Source: Camelus ferus (taxonomy: Eukaryota). Taken from it: a DNA stretch of 64,000 bases. The translations under genes were made by a program, and so were the position numbers. Below are positions 1 through 13,760 of the stretch, piece by piece. The stretch lies in assembly GCF_009834535.1 (NCBI RefSeq), contig NC_045697.1, forward strand, positions 4,156,001 through 4,220,000, in the 5' to 3' direction. Position 1 is the stretch's first letter, and the number at the start of each line of letters is the position of its first letter. The notes beneath the pieces were generated by a model. It did not search any database, was not told where the DNA came from, and worked only from the letters and a program-made list of their open reading frames with translations.

Positions 1-1360
1 CAGAGATTTGCAAAATATTTACCTAAGCTATTTTGTACTGCAGGTGAGTCATTCAGGGAACGGATGGGCGGTGTCTGCAGAGTGGGTGCTGCCCTACAAA
101 ACTAAGCAGGTAGGGAAGAGCTGGGGCATGCGGGTGCAAGCCTCCTCCCTCCAGGGGAGTCCCTCCCACCCCGCCAGGGCTTCCCCTGTGTGTAGCCTCC
201 CCTGAATCCTCATCGCCCGGAGAAGAAAGCTGAAGCTCTTGGACTTGGCTGGGGCGCCCTTTATGAACTGGCCCAGCCTCGTCCACTTTCACGATGCACC
301 TGCCCCTTCACACCCACCTCGATTGCTCCAGTCCGGTGATGAGTGGCTTGTAGCCGCATAAACAGGCATCCGTCTGCACGGCCTGGGTACCATTGCCCCT
401 CCCTCCAAATTCTTGTCCATCCTCCCATTTCCTAGGAAGCCTCTCTTTTGCTCACCTCCCCGCCTCCTCCCCATCTATGAGGGTCCCTCTGGGCTCACCC
501 AGCCTCCACTCCACAGATCCTGGAAGGCAAAAACTCTTTGGACAGACCCCATCCCATCCCAGTGCCTGTTTGTTCCACCGAACTGAAAAACGAGGACTCC
601 AGTGATGCACTTACTCACTAATATCTGAGGTCCTCAAATAGGACATGCTTTTTAATGAAAGTTTACTAAATATTTGTGAATGAGTAAGTGGGCAAGTGAG
701 CTCACGAATCAGGTGTTCTCCTTTGGAAGATTTTCTAGCCCTAAGATGTAACCAAATTACACTAAATGCAGTAAGTCTTTGTAAAACCTTCAGGTTGAGA
801 GCAAATTTGATTACATTATTTAAAAAATTCCCCAAGATGCAATAAAGTGCAGTGAAGTCCTCTCTATACTGCTGACATGACCAGCTAATACTGTTAAATC
901 AGAATTTTATAAAGCGTGGTTTTATTGGATCTGATTCCACTGGACTTTTTCGTAAGATGACACATTTGTTTTGAACTGAAGGGAATGCAACTGAAGCCTA
1001 CAGCTCTTAGGCACTTACCACTGGTCAAGAACATGCTGGGCGTTTTTATACACATTCTATTACCGTCGGGGATACCGGGCCCAAGTGATGCTTCATCCTC
1101 AACGTCTTCCTCAACAGTCATCACCATGACTGTCACCATCAACCTCAGGGAGTGTCAGTCACCACATGGGTGGAAGTCCTCCCTTATCAGCTGTGTGACT
1201 TTGGGCAGGTTAATCCACCTCTTTGAGGGGTCTAGTCAGGGAGCCTGAAAACAAGGCGACCTTTGTGCTTCCTTTCCGCTTCCCCACTCCCAAGTCCTGC
1301 GAGTACATGCCAGATACTCTGTGTGGTCCCTTTGCTCTGAGTTGTCAGGGAAAGGAAGAC

Positions 1361-1363
<3 letters not shown>

Positions 1364-1397
<34 letters not shown>
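1364..1397. repeat. (AG)n microsatellite
   Basis: Read directly from sequence. Confidence 0.9.
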
Positions 1398-1402
<5 letters not shown>

Positions 1403-1849
1403 AATTACCTTACTGTCAACCCAGAAGATCAGCTGTATTACAGGACATAGATGTAGGGGCACCTGTTTCAAAACCAACCTCATAAAGACAGATGACAAAG
1501 TCCCTCTCAGGATGGGGAGATGACAAAAATCACCAAGAGAAGGCTCCAGGGAGAGCCCCTTTACCTGTTGGTGGCTGTTGGGGTCACCCATGTCCCCCAC
1601 TGGCTCTCACACAGCCTGAGAGTTCACTGGGCTCAGCAGGTGTCCAGTGCACAAGAGAAAGATCCTTGTGCTCGGGGGCTCCCCTATCGCCCCCGCTTCC
1701 TGGATTCCCCTGGGCTCTGCCTTGGAACCCATACCAAGGGTGTCGCTTCTCACAGTCCCCTTTGCAAACTGTTGTCCTCATTCATATTCCACAGCACATC
1801 CAGTGAATCATTTCCACCTCACTTGTGTTTTAAATCTTCAGCACTTTGT

Positions 1850-3300
1850 TCCTATTTTTATATTTTTTTAAATTGCCAGTTATTTGACACATACAGAGAT
1901 ATGTCATAATGCGTGTGATTATGGAGCAGGGTGATAAAAAAGTCGAAACAGCAAGGAAGTCTACACGAAGGCCAGACCCTTATTCTACGTGCTCCTTCCT
2001 GCCCAGACCCACCACCCCTCCACACGAGGAGCCCCTCTCCTGAATGGTACCTCAGTCATCACCTTGTTTCTTTACAGTTTGGTCAGAAAGCTGTAGCCCT
2101 AAGCCATCTAGTGCTTGGCTGAGCGTGGCTGTTTGAACTCTATGTAAATAGAACGTTCTGTGTGTGTCCTTCAAGGGGTTGCCTTTTTCACTCAGGGTTG
2201 TGTGTTGATGCAAGCAGCGCTCTGTGTTCACTTTTACTGCTCTGCGCTGTTCCCTTATACGAATGTGCCGGAGTCCATCCATCCTCTTGTGAGCTGACAT
2301 TTGGGTTGCTGCCCATACTTTGTCCTCAGGAGGATGCGCCCTGGCTGTTCCTACGCGTGTTCCCGGGACACGGGCTCTAAGCGTTCCTCTAGGTTATTGG
2401 CTAGAAAGAGATTGCTGGGCTTGGGCTGTCGGGTCATCAGCTTTACTGACGGGACACTGTTCTGAATCCACCCTCCCCAGCAGTGGAAGACCCAGCCATC
2501 TCTGCGCGTTTACAGACTTTCTAGATTTTGCCAATCTAGTGGGTGTCCGTGGTCTTGCACATGAATTTAATGTAATTAATATTTTCCCTGGAGAGCTTTT
2601 CATGTTTCCAGACCCTTCTCATGAGCTCTTCCAGGAGATACCTGTTTTGGACAAATGTTTTTATTGAGTTCACTGACTTCTTGTTGACATTTGGAAGCTC
2701 TCTGTACATTTTCTGTGTTAATCACTTGTTCATTTCATATGTGGTGGATGCATTCTCCCTACATGAGGCTTGTCTTTTCATTTTGTTTATGGTATCTTAA
2801 GTTCTTGATTTATTGTAGAAGATTGTCTTCCTCTTTTGACTTAAGACATTTCATCTCACTTCCAGGGTCAGAAGGATAGTCTTCTGTAATGTCTTATAAA
2901 ATTTCAAGTGCCAAATGCTTTTCACATTTAAGTCTTTGATTTGATCAGAATTGATTTTTGTGTGGGGTTTGAGGTAGGAATCTAAATTAAATTTTTTCCA
3001 AAGGGAGAACAACTCTTCCAGCATCACTAGTGACAGGTCTTCCCCTTCCCACTGCTCTATAGCGCCCGCTCCGCGGAACCTCTGGTCTCCTGACACTCCC
3101 TGCCCTGCTGGATTCTATGCTGCTCCATCGACCTAACTGTCTGCTCCTGCACCGACGTCACATGCCATAAGGATCGTAGCTCTATGATGAGTCTTGCTGA
3201 TGGGTTCTCCTCCTAAATTCATTTTTATTCTAAAAATAAGTAACTAGCTGCTCTATTCCTATTTCTGGTGCTCACGAACACCCTCCGCTGTATGTCAGCT
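1850..3300 (-). mobile_element. Ancient L1ME-like fragments
   Basis: TTCACATTTAAGTCTTTGATTTGATCAGAATTGATTTTTGTGTGGGG..GAGGTAGGAATCTAAATT; TTTGCCAATCTAGTGGGTG. Confidence 0.65.
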
Positions 3301-4699
3301 TGCCTTTGCACTGGTGCTGTTTCATTTCTCCAGGAAGGGCCAGCTATACCCTGCTGCCCTGATTCCTGTGCCTGGAGCCCCAGCTGATGCCTTCCGGCTC
3401 CTTCGGACTCGGTGCAGACGGGCCCTCCTCCGTGAAGGGGGTCGGGGGGCCGGCCTGCCTGGTCACGTGCCCTTCTACAGCGCACCTTGTGCACCTTGTG
3501 TATTTCAGTGCACAGTGCCACTCACCACACTGTCCGCTCCGTGGGCTGCAAGCATCTCACGTTCAGGATTGGGTTTGTCTTGTTGCCTCTGGTAGCCCGA
3601 ACATCTTCACTGAGTCTGGCCTCAGCCTGGGGGATGGTGCTGCTTCTGCATTGCTGTGTTCTGGCCAGCTCCTCCCCAGTGGAATGTGAGATCTTTGAAG
3701 GCTGGGCCCAGGCCTTATTCCTCTCTGCCTGTAGGGGCCTGGCATGAAGGAGGAGCTCTGTAACTGTTTGTTGAATGACTGAATGATTAAACAGATGAGT
3801 GAGTGAACGCAAGATGGGTTCCAGTGTGAGGAAACCCAGGGGAGGGACTTCACATGTACATTGACCCACCCAGGGTACTATGACAACAGGCTCTTTGAGG
3901 ACCTGAGGTAAGGACTGAGGTCCTGCATGTCCAGACACTCCACAGGGCTGACCCAGGTTCCCTGGATGCAGGGTTGAAATGGAGGCAGGCAGGCTGGATG
4001 GACAGGCCTGGTCCCTTTCCTGGGCACTGGCCAGACAGCAGAGAAAGCACAAAAGATTCCTGCTGCAAAATGAGATGGGCCATAAGATAGTTTAAAAATG
4101 TACAAACCCAGATGCTCTACAAAGCCAGGTGGTGAAAAAGTGGGTGCAGAATGGCATGGGAGCAAATGAGCATGTTTGGGTTAAAAAAGGCCAAAGCATC
4201 CAACAGCCAGCAAGTTTGCTTTAACGTTCCAGCATGTTCTGTTGATTTATGGCTGTTGCTAGGTAACAGAGTACACTGAGGTGGGTATGATTTTAAAGCT
4301 GCTGTGATTTTAAAGGAGCTGTGGCTCCTGACCAAAGAAAAGCCATTAATCGGGCTGGGGCTGGGGGAGGGTGTCAACGCAGCCCAGAGCACCGGGAACT
4401 GTTAGAAGCAATTAGAGCAAAGCCAAGGGTGTCCACCTCTCTGCGTTTGCAATCCTTCATGAGTGTATTCAGCGGCAAGGGTGGAGAGTCAGCTCCTGAC
4501 ATGGCTTCTCCTTCAGAAAGACACCAGCGTGAATTTATCTTTTCTTTCGCAGTAAATCGATTTAGTGCATGTCTGATTTCTAACCCAGCACCGCTCATGT
4601 GCAGAACGTATGAAGTGTGTAATCTGGATGGTCAGGATTAATTGTCTTCATTTATGTTACAAATAACTCCGGCTTCTCAACAGCACCATTCTCTTGCTG

Positions 4700-5170
4700 A
4701 GCACATCCTGGTACCTCTGTGCACCTTGCTGGGGGTCAGGAGTGAATGAGACAGAAGTCCCCCACTTCGTGAAGCTGACTTTTGGAGTCGGCGGGGCAGA
4801 CACGAAATAATAGTCATGCTTAACAAGCAAAGTATATTTTGCATTAAAAAGAAGAAAGAAAAAGCAAAGTCAAGTAAAGGGGGCCAAGAATAGGGGTGAG
4901 TGTCTGAGGGATGGGGAGCTGGTCGCAATTGTAAATAGGGGACTCCTGATGCACCTTGCTGAGAAAATGATGTTTGAGCAAAGTCTTCAAGGAAGTGAGG
5001 CACTAAGCCTTGGAGATAAGGGAAGAACAATCCAGGCAGAGGGATAATCCATCAGGTGCAAAGGCCCTGAGGCAGGCTGGAGAAACAGCAGGGAGGCCAG
5101 TGTGGCTTGGGTAGAGTGAGAGGGGAGGAGTGGGGAAAGGGAAGCAGATCATGTAGGGTCCTCAGGCCAC
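4700..5170. mobile_element. L2 fragment
   Basis: GGGAAGAACAATCCAGGCAGAGGGA..GTGCAAAGGCCCTGAGGCAGG..GGAGGCCAGTGTGGCT. Confidence 0.7.
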
Positions 5171-6219
5171 TGGGAGCCCGTCCTGGTGGGAAGAGAGAGG
5201 CACTTGGTGGGGAGGGAAAACTGCAGTTCACTGGGCCGTTCTGTGCTGGGTCCTGTGCTGGGGTGTTGTGCACGTGAGAGGTGTGGGACTCACTTACGGA
5301 GTTTGTGGACGAGCAGGCTGAGCCCCTGGGGAAGGGCTGGCAGGAGGTCGAACAGCTGATGAGTGGCCGAGCCCGGGTCCGGGCTTCCACCTGCCAGCTC
5401 CTTCTCTGCCTTTGCCCCCCAACAAACTCCTACTTATTCTTCAAGGCGCATCTCAGATGTTCCCTCCTCCTGAAGCTTTTGCTGACCCCATCTGTACACC
5501 TTACATTTGGTGCCCCCCACAGCCCCTGAACCGCCCCCCTCTTGTGTTTCAGGTCCTTACTCTGGGCCTTGGGCCCTTCAGGGCCTGTCCCCAGGATGAT
5601 TTACACTTTGTCCCCAGAGCTCACTCAGCAAGTGGCTACTGGACAAATGAATGGGAAGGAAGGGGAGGGGGAGAGAGGGAGCAGGTAGGGAGGGTGCGCA
5701 TGTGCAGGGAGGCCTCTGAGAGAGACGAGTGGTGTATGGGGCAGTGGGCGCTGAGCTGGGAGGAACGCCCACTGCAGGCTGAGTGTCTCCAACACACACC
5801 TCTTTGCAGGCCCATGTGTGTCTTGCTGCTCCAGGACGCCACCCTCAGGTGGCGGGTGCTGGTCTGGTCCTGGAGAGCCAGGCTCTGTCCCATCATTGCC
5901 CTCCTCACTTGGTACAGTGGTAGCCACCTTTCGGTGGGGAGGAGACCTCACCCCGTACTGGACCCCTAAAGATCCCCCCACACCCACCCTCAGCACAGGG
6001 CTTCCTGGGGGGCCCGGAGGCAGCGGGGCTGGAGGACGGAACTGCAGGGGCTCCAAGGAGCTGGGATGTGCATTCTGGGGTCTCAGCCTGTTGGCGGGGC
6101 CTCTGCTGACTCACAGCCTCCTCAGTCTCTGCTTGGAGGGGGGACTAGGGTGAATGTGTAGAACTTGGCACCCAAGCACAGTGGCTGTGGGGAAGTAGAA
6201 AGAGAATCAACTCTACATT

Positions 6220-6520
6220 TGTTCATTTATTATTCATTCATTCATTCACACCCTCAGAAATTGTTGAGCACCTACCATGGCCTAGTGCTGTTTTGGCTGG
6301 GAGGCCCTGTGCTTGTGAAGTGTGTATTCTAGAGACACAGATGGAGAGTGAACAGACAAACAAGGAAATGATAATATTCTAGGTTATCACATAAAGCCAA
6401 GTGCTGGAGCAGCAAAAAATGAAGCAGGGAAAAGGATTAGAGAGATAGAGTTGCCATTTCCAATGAGGTCACATCAAGGAAGGCCTATCTGAGGAGGGGA
6501 TATTTGATTTGGGAGCAGAG
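6220..6520. mobile_element. L2 3' end
   Basis: TTCATTCATTCATTCA..TTGTTGAGCACCTACCATG.. Confidence 0.65.
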
Positions 6521-8189
6521 AAAGGGAAGAAGCCAGCAGAGGACTCAGGGGAGAGTGAGACCTCACATCAGCCCGGACACTCACAGCTGCATGGATAGTC
6601 CACTCTCAGCTGCAGACGGGGTCCCACGACACTCACCTGGCCAGGTGCCAGTGAAGCACCTTGCTCTGTGCCTGGCACACAGTAGGTGCTCATCACATGC
6701 CACAGGGACAGCTGTGAGTGCCTCCAGTTGTGGGACTGGCCACCCCTGTGGCTCCCTGGGCCTGAGTGCCTTATCCAGTGCCCCAGGCTCAGTGACCACT
6801 CGGAGCTCCTCTCCAGCCAGTCTCCCTGGGTCAGGATCCTGACCACAAACTCCAGTTCCAGACCTGAGGCCCATGCTGCCGAGGGCCGTCCTGTTCCTCA
6901 TGTCCCTGCTGCAGATTCCCCCACCTCCATGGGGCCCTGTCCCAGTGTGGCTGAGTGTGGGTTCCTGGAAATCAGAGCCTGGAAAGCACGTGGGTGCAGG
7001 CAGTTTATTTGGGAGGGGAACCAAGTGTGCGTCACTGGTCCCTGCTGTAGGGAAAGGGGACTCCAATCCACTGAGATGTGAACAGAAGATTCCAGAGCTG
7101 ATCCCTGAAAGGGAGGGGTAGCAGCAACTCTCCAGGAACTCTCCTTCCAAATTAGCGGAGGGCGTCCCCAAGTGGCACTAACACCCCGCACTCCAGGCTG
7201 CGTGGGCTCAAGACCCAGCGGCGAAGGTGGAGGCCCAGGAGCAGAACGCAGCAGGACGCCAGAGTGCTGGGTGACCTGGGTCCTGGGCGACAGTCCACTG
7301 AGCTGTGGCTAGACCAGAGGCGGGCTGAGGCTCTCATGGCATCTTTTCTAGCCTCAGTCTCATTCTTAAGCACCATGGCCCTGGGCAGGCCAAAGATGGG
7401 ACCTGCCTGGCTGCAAGGCCTGGCCTAGGGGTGGGCAGGTGACCAGGCTGGGGTTTGTGACTGCAGTGAGTCGGGAGGGGCGCTCCTGCTCCAGCCAAGA
7501 TGCTGTGAGATGTGACTCCCAACCTGCTGCTGGCCGTGGTCTCCCCACATCCAGAGAAGTCCACCTGCAGCAAAGGGGGAGGGGCAGGGGATGAGGCCAC
7601 TCGAGACCCCCAGGGGGAAACAGAGGAGAGGCAGCCCGGGTCCAAAGCAGTTCAAGCCCCAGGATTCCACGTGTCTCCAGGCGGGGCCCGCTTTCTGAGG
7701 CTTGGGTTTGTGCTGCCCTTTCACTAAGCCAGTTTGGACTGGCTCTCTGTCGCTTGCAACCCGAGAGTGCTGATTAACACTGCCTGTCATCCCTGGCACC
7801 ACTGTGGGGCCCTCGAGGACAGCAGTTCTCAGGCCCTGCAGCAAGGCCAGCAGGTAGAGCCCGGCCACGGCAGTGGTGCCCCCTCTCCAGGCTCTGCTCC
7901 AGGACCGGCCCAGCTGCCCTCCGGTATGAAGCAGTCCCCCTCTTCCTTGGCTCTCCAAGGCCCTCAGGGTTCCAACAGCCCCACTGGACTTGCCTTTCTG
8001 GTTCCCTGAGGGATACTTGGGGTGGTCCTGTAGCGCAGTATGGCCCCTGGCTTGACCCACCGAGACACTCACCCAAGCCGGCCCTGCACCGCCTCCCCAG
8101 GGCGGAAACGCTGCCCCGCCCTCTATGGGAGGCACCGTGTGGGAGGGAAGGGGAGGGGCTGGCCCCCTGAGTTGCTGATAGGCTTCCCC

Positions 8190-8450
8190 AGTCATCCATT
8201 CATTCATTAATTCATCCAACAATTACTGCAGGAGCCCCTGCTGCCTGCCAGGCACTGGGGGCGCACACAGCAGTGACCACACAAGCAAGGGTCCCTGCCC
8301 CGTGGAGCTGACACTGTAGTGAGAGAAGCCAATAACACGAAGACTAGTTGGTAAAATATATGTATATTAGTGATAATCACTACAGAGACAGAAGTAAAGC
8401 AGGGCAGGGGGTATGAAACATTGAGGCTAAGGCTGCAATTTTAGATAGAG
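8190..8450. mobile_element. L2 3' end
   Basis: CATTCATTCATTAATTCATCCAACAATTACTG..TGCCAGGCACTG..CCCTGCCCCGTGGAGCTGACA. Confidence 0.65.
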
Positions 8451-9244
8451 CAGTGCCCCTTTTTAAGCATGGGGAGAGGCTTGGAACCTAGAAAACTACA
8501 AGAAAACTGTTAGCCAATCTGACTTCTAAACATAGATTCAAAAACTCAAATAAAAATATTAGCAAAACAAATCTGGCTTTACATATACGTATGCATATGT
8601 TAGGTCTGCTCTGGGAGTATAAGAATGGTTTAAAGATAAACTATTAATTTAATTCACTCACTCCAATAGATTAAAGGTAAAAAGCAAAATGGTCATATCA
8701 TTAGATACAGCAAAACAAAGCAATTAGCTAAACCAAAAACACCCACATTAGACAAGTGTTGACACTCATTCTTGACAAACTCTCCCAGAAAACTAGGGAG
8801 GGGGAGAAAGGGCATCTATCAAAACCCAACAGCAAACATCATTTTTCATGGTGGAACTTTCAAAGCATCGCTAGACTAAAGACAAAGATGCATGCTTTCG
8901 GTCACCACTGATACTCAACTCTACCCCATACTGGAACTAACTGGACCAGACAGAAAATGGGGAACGAATGGCAAGAAAAAGCCCAAATGGTCTTTAATCG
9001 CAGACATGATTGTCTATATGGAAAATCCAACAGAATCTGCTCTCAAAATATTTGGAACCATGTGACACTTCAACAAAACTGCTGGATACAGGACAGCACA
9101 GTAAAGCCAACAGCATTTCTCCCGAGCAGCAATACCAGTTAGAACACATAAGAGGAGGCAAACCTCATTCACAAAAGCAGTGAAATCTGCAGGACACTTA
9201 AGATTAAATCTTAGGACAGATGTGCATGCCCTATACGGAGGCAC

Positions 9245-9485
9245 TGCAGCAGCGAGGGTCAGAGTGGAGCCTCCAACCTAGAATGGCTGGTTCCACGTCA
9301 CAGCCCTGCTGCTGAGTGGCTTATGTAAATTACTTGACTACTCCCTGCCCCAGTTTCCTCATTTGTAAAAGGGAGACAATCATAACATCTGTCGCTCCTG
9401 GAAGTTGGGAAGATTAACTGAGTTAAACACAGAGCATTTAGAACAGCAGGCAGCACACATTAACACATAAATGTTTGCTAGCATC
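9245..9485. mobile_element. MIR SINE
   Basis: CCCCAGTTTCCTCATTTGTAAAAGGGAGACAATCATAACA. Confidence 0.7.
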
Positions 9486-10662
9486 GTTAGGAAAAAACTA
9501 CAACACTTAACTGAAGAACATGAAAGAATATCTGAATAAATACAGAGATAGACCATGCCCATGGACGGGACAATTCAGCAGCAGAAGTGGAGCATAATCC
9601 CCACGTTAAATTTATCAGTTCTTTGCAGTTTCAGTGAAAATGACAGAGGGGTGTTTAATGGAATCTGATAAACTGAAGATTTATACTGAAAAGCAAAGGT
9701 TCAAGAAAAGTCAAAACAACTTTGAAGAAAAGCAAAGGCTGGTGCCATTTGATCTACTTGAAACTGACTTATTATAAAACTATAATATCCAAGGCACATG
9801 GGCCAGATGAAAAAGCCAATGGAACAGAACAGAGTCCAGAAATGCACCCACACCTTTACGGGAACTTGGTGCAGAAGAGAACTGGCATTATAATCAGTGG
9901 GAGAAAGATGGACTAGTGAAGAAGTGATTTGGAAACTAGGTTCTTCTTAAGGAAAAGGTATTTAATTAGATCCATGCCTGACCCCAAACAGAACATTACA
10001 CTCTAGATGGGCTACAATGTACAAAGGAAAAACATTTATAACCCAGGAGATAGAGAAGTATTTATCAAACAAGACACAAAAGGCAAAATACTTAAAAGAA
10101 AATATTGATAAATTCCACTACATCAAAATTAGCAACTTTTGTAGGAAAAAAAGTGTCATAAACAAAATTAAGAGAAAAGCAACACATTAGAAGAGCATGT
10201 TTGCAACACACGTAAACAGATAAAGGATGGACCCAAATTACATAAGAAAACAGTAAGAAAAGGCCAAAAGGGGCAAAGGGAAGAACGAGCAACTCTTAGA
10301 GAAGGAAACAGAGATTCTCAGCCTCACCAGTGATCAGGAAATGCAAAGTCAACAATCATCATCTGTCAGCTCAGCTGCCAGCCCGAGTGCACTTATGTCA
10401 GTTCCAGGTTTTACTCAGAATCCGATACTCCGCCGTAAGAGTGCAAATTGCTTCTTGACGTGGTAACATGTAGAAAGTTAAATACACACACCACGACCCA
10501 GCCTCCAGGTGTCCCTCCTAGGAAACCTGCACACTTGGGTGGGAGGGACTAGGTACAATCACTCACTGCAGTGTTGTTTGAAATCCCAACAAACGGGAAA
10601 CAACCTAAATATTCGTCAAGGTGGATGGAGGGGGTGGGAGAAATAATAAATTAATTGTAGTC

Positions 10663-10870
10663 ACCAGTATGCTTGTAAATGTTTAACAACCTACTGTCTG
10701 CGGGGGAAAGCCTGAATGTGCGGCATTTGCTGACTTCTGGGCTATGAATAGTCCCATCATGGCAGACTTCTAGCTGCCATCGTGCCATCACTGAACACAG
10801 AGTCAGGAAGAGACACACGCAATCAGCTCCTGCAAAAAGGAACCTGGGGCAGGCTCCCACACACCACTGA
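10663..10870 (-). mobile_element. MER63A-like hAT DNA transposon (MITE)
   Basis: GTAAATGTTTAACAACC...CACTGAACACAGAGT..GGAAGAGA...CACACCACTG resembles the reverse complement of recalled MER63A. Confidence 0.7.
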
Positions 10871-11943
10871 GTGTTTTCTCCCAGCATTTAAGATCAACGA
10901 AGAAACCAGGTAGAGCTGAAAAAGTAAGGCTTATGGAGGAAAAAACGCAATTTGCAATATGGTGCAATCAACATGACAATGTTTGTATACATTTTAAAAT
11001 TAAGTGAAATGATACAAGGCATGTATATGCATTAAAAGATAGAACGTGGATGAGAAAAAATGTAAATGTGGGAACAGTGTTTGCCTCTGGAGAGAGAAAT
11101 GGAAGGTTAGGACGAGGAAGGGATGGACAGGAACTTCAATATACCTCTGATTTTTATTTATTAAATTAAAAGATCTGAAGCAAATATGTCAGAATCTTAA
11201 TGTCGATTGCTTTTGAATCAATCTTCAAAAGGTTGAGGGGTTATAATAATACACTATAGTCTCCATTTATTTGAACTATTTCATTAAAATAAATACAATA
11301 CAAAAAAAAAAAAGGTATGGTCATGATTGTGTGAAATCAAAACTCTGCCTTGAAAGACCCTGGCATGAGATACTCCAAAAGGTTTTTGGTAATAATGTTT
11401 GGATTTAAGACAAGAGCTTTTTTTATTTTCTTTTATTTGCACATTTTACATCATAAGTGTTACTTTTTGGCAGAAAAATCAGTTAACTTGTGAGTTGGGG
11501 CTGGATGATGGCTCTGGGTCCTTCTCTGCTGTCATCGCCATTTGTTGGGCCTTAGCACATCTCCGCCGCCTTAGATAGTCTCCATCCAGAAGCACAATGA
11601 CCTAGGCGAGGGGTGGGCAGGCTGGGCTTTGTCTAGCATTTCACTGGAGAAGAGATTCATCCTGGCACTGCTTCAGGAAGCCTCCCCAGGTAAAGCAGAT
11701 GGTTGACAGTGATGAGAAGAACTAGGAGACCACCCTGGAACTCCCTGTGGGACCTCGGTGGTCACAGAGGGGAAAGGGGACAGAGAGGTAGTTACATTAG
11801 TAACAGCTGGTATGGGCTGACTGGACAAGCTTTGGATTCACACAGACCTGGTAAATCTCAGCTCTGCCACTTACTAGCTGAGTAACTTGGGAAGTGACTT
11901 GGTACCTGTTTTTTTCACTTATAAAATGAATACTTTAGTAGAC

Positions 11944-12780
11944 TGTGTTATTGTGCAAAATATCTGTGGCCCCGCCTTGGGAGAGAAGTGTACTTACATG
12001 TGCCATTGAGATCACAGGACCATGTGACCTATAGTGTCCCTCCCTGCCCTTTGTACTTGAGGGGTGGTTATGCAACTTACTTGGGCCACTGAAGCTCTAA
12101 GAGTGAGCTCATGCCCCCATCTCTCTTTTGCCTCTGCCATGACCCCAGCAACGCCCAAATTTAGGGCTGCTCCATCAGCCTGGCTCCCAGAGTAAAGATG
12201 ACAAGGATCAGAGCTGCAGCCAACTTGTGATGGGCATCTGGCATGAGGGAGAAATCAATTCTGTAAGTCACTGCATTTTGAAGGGTCATCCATTGCTGTA
12301 ATAAAACCTAGTCCATTCTGGCTGAGACAGAGTCCTCGTGTTTTGAGGATAGAATGAGATAACACACGTGAAGTGATATGCAGAGATGTAGCGTATAGGA
12401 GAGGTTTTGCTGCAGTAACAACCAACCTACAAATCTCAGTGACCAGATGCAGCATGTGTTTATTTCCACTCACACTGCACTTCTAGTGGGGTCCCTGCTC
12501 CTTGTAGTCATTCAGGGACCATGGCTAATAGATGCTTTACTTTAACAGATGTTTTTTTTCAAGACCCAAAGTCATGGGGGTGGGGAGGGGAGAATCTGGC
12601 AAGCCACACTCAGGCTCTTAAAGATCTGACTAAGAGACACCAGTCACTTCTGCACAATTCACTGCCCAAAGCAAGTCTTATGACTGTGCCTAATTTTTAA
12701 AGCGCTGGGAAGTACAAATCTATCCCACGGGATAGGAGGATAGGCGAGAAGCCGGGTATGTGAGGTCAGCACTAAGACTT
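11944..12780. mobile_element. Two old MLT1 LTR remnants (approx. 11944-12330 +, 12390-12780 -)
   Basis: GGCTGCTCCATCAGCCTGGCTCCCAGAGT..; TTGCTGCAGTAACAACCAACC..AAATCTCAGTG; GCCCAAAGCAAGTC. Confidence 0.5.
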
Positions 12781-13329
12781 CCCCGTGGCCATTCAATGAA
12801 TGACAGATGCTTCTTAGAGTAATCACTCATCAGGACAATTTAAGCTGATTCCAAATGAAGAAAATTGGATGCTGGAATAGCATGCTAGGCAGGGGACAAG
12901 CATGTGCAAATGCAGTCTTGCAGGGGCCTGTCTTGCTCAGAAAATTGCAGAGGTCCAACTACATAGAGGGAATTGGCTAGAGATGCAGTTTGGGGCCATA
13001 TTGCTAAGACTTCAGAATTTCGATTTTAGCACCTGGAAGCCTTGAAACATTTTAAGCAGGAAAGTGAATGGTCAGATTTCAGTCCATAGGAGAGAGGGGG
13101 AGCCCCTGAATGTCAGCGGGGCGGTGAGGCTGGCAAGAGGAGGGGGAGGATTTGAGAACTCTGAGAGCAAGTCACAGGACTGGAAGATAGACAGGCTGTG
13201 AGGGCTTGAGCGTGAGGGGTCAAGGATGATTCCAGCTCACCCTGAGTGCGAAGGAGGAGGAGGGGCAGTCTCGGTTTCAGGAGAGGATGTCCAGTGCAGT
13301 GTTGGAGGTGGTGAGTGGCTAAAGTCACA

Positions 13330-13760
13330 AACAACAGGAATACCTTGTTTGACGAGGTTGTGGAGCAACAGGAACTCTCTTAAACTATCTCTTTGGTAAA
13401 CTCTGGTATCAGTTACTAAATCTCCAAGTACACACACCCCAACATCTGGCAATCCCCTGATGAGTGCATGTGCCCAACGGAAGTAAGTCCACATGATGCT
13501 GAGACAGACCTTTATTCATAATAACCTCCAAATGAAAACAAGCTAAGTGCCCATCACTAGAAGTATTTGTACATTCCAGTGCATTGCAGTGTACTTGTAC
13601 AACGGAATACTATACAACAGTGAAAAATGAACCAACTATAGCTGCATATATGTAATGAGTGGACCACAGAAACACAACGCTGAGCAAAAGAAACTAGATA
13701 TAAAAACATTCATGCTCTACAATTCTATTTACAGAAAGCTCCCAACTAGCACAATTACGG
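13330..13760 (+). mobile_element. L1ME-like 3' fragment
   Basis: GGAATACTATACAACAGTGAAAAATGAACCAACTA..GCTGAGCAAAAGAAACTAGA. Confidence 0.65.

Larger units (their letters stand above)
8500..11310 (+). mobile_element. Ancient degraded L1 (L1M/L1ME) ORF2-3'UTR, interrupted by MIR and MER63
   Basis: A-rich; RT-motif remnant at ~8990-9035 (..GCAGACATGATTGTCTATATGGAAAATCCA ~ ADDMIVYLENP); AATGGAACAGAACAGAGTCCAGAAAT; ends in an A-tract at ~11302-11313. Confidence 0.75.

Noticed and set aside
7425..8222. 265-aa minus-strand ORF
   Set aside because: Begins in an L2 3' end (the DELMNEW pattern); no recognisable domain; expected by chance in GC-rich DNA.
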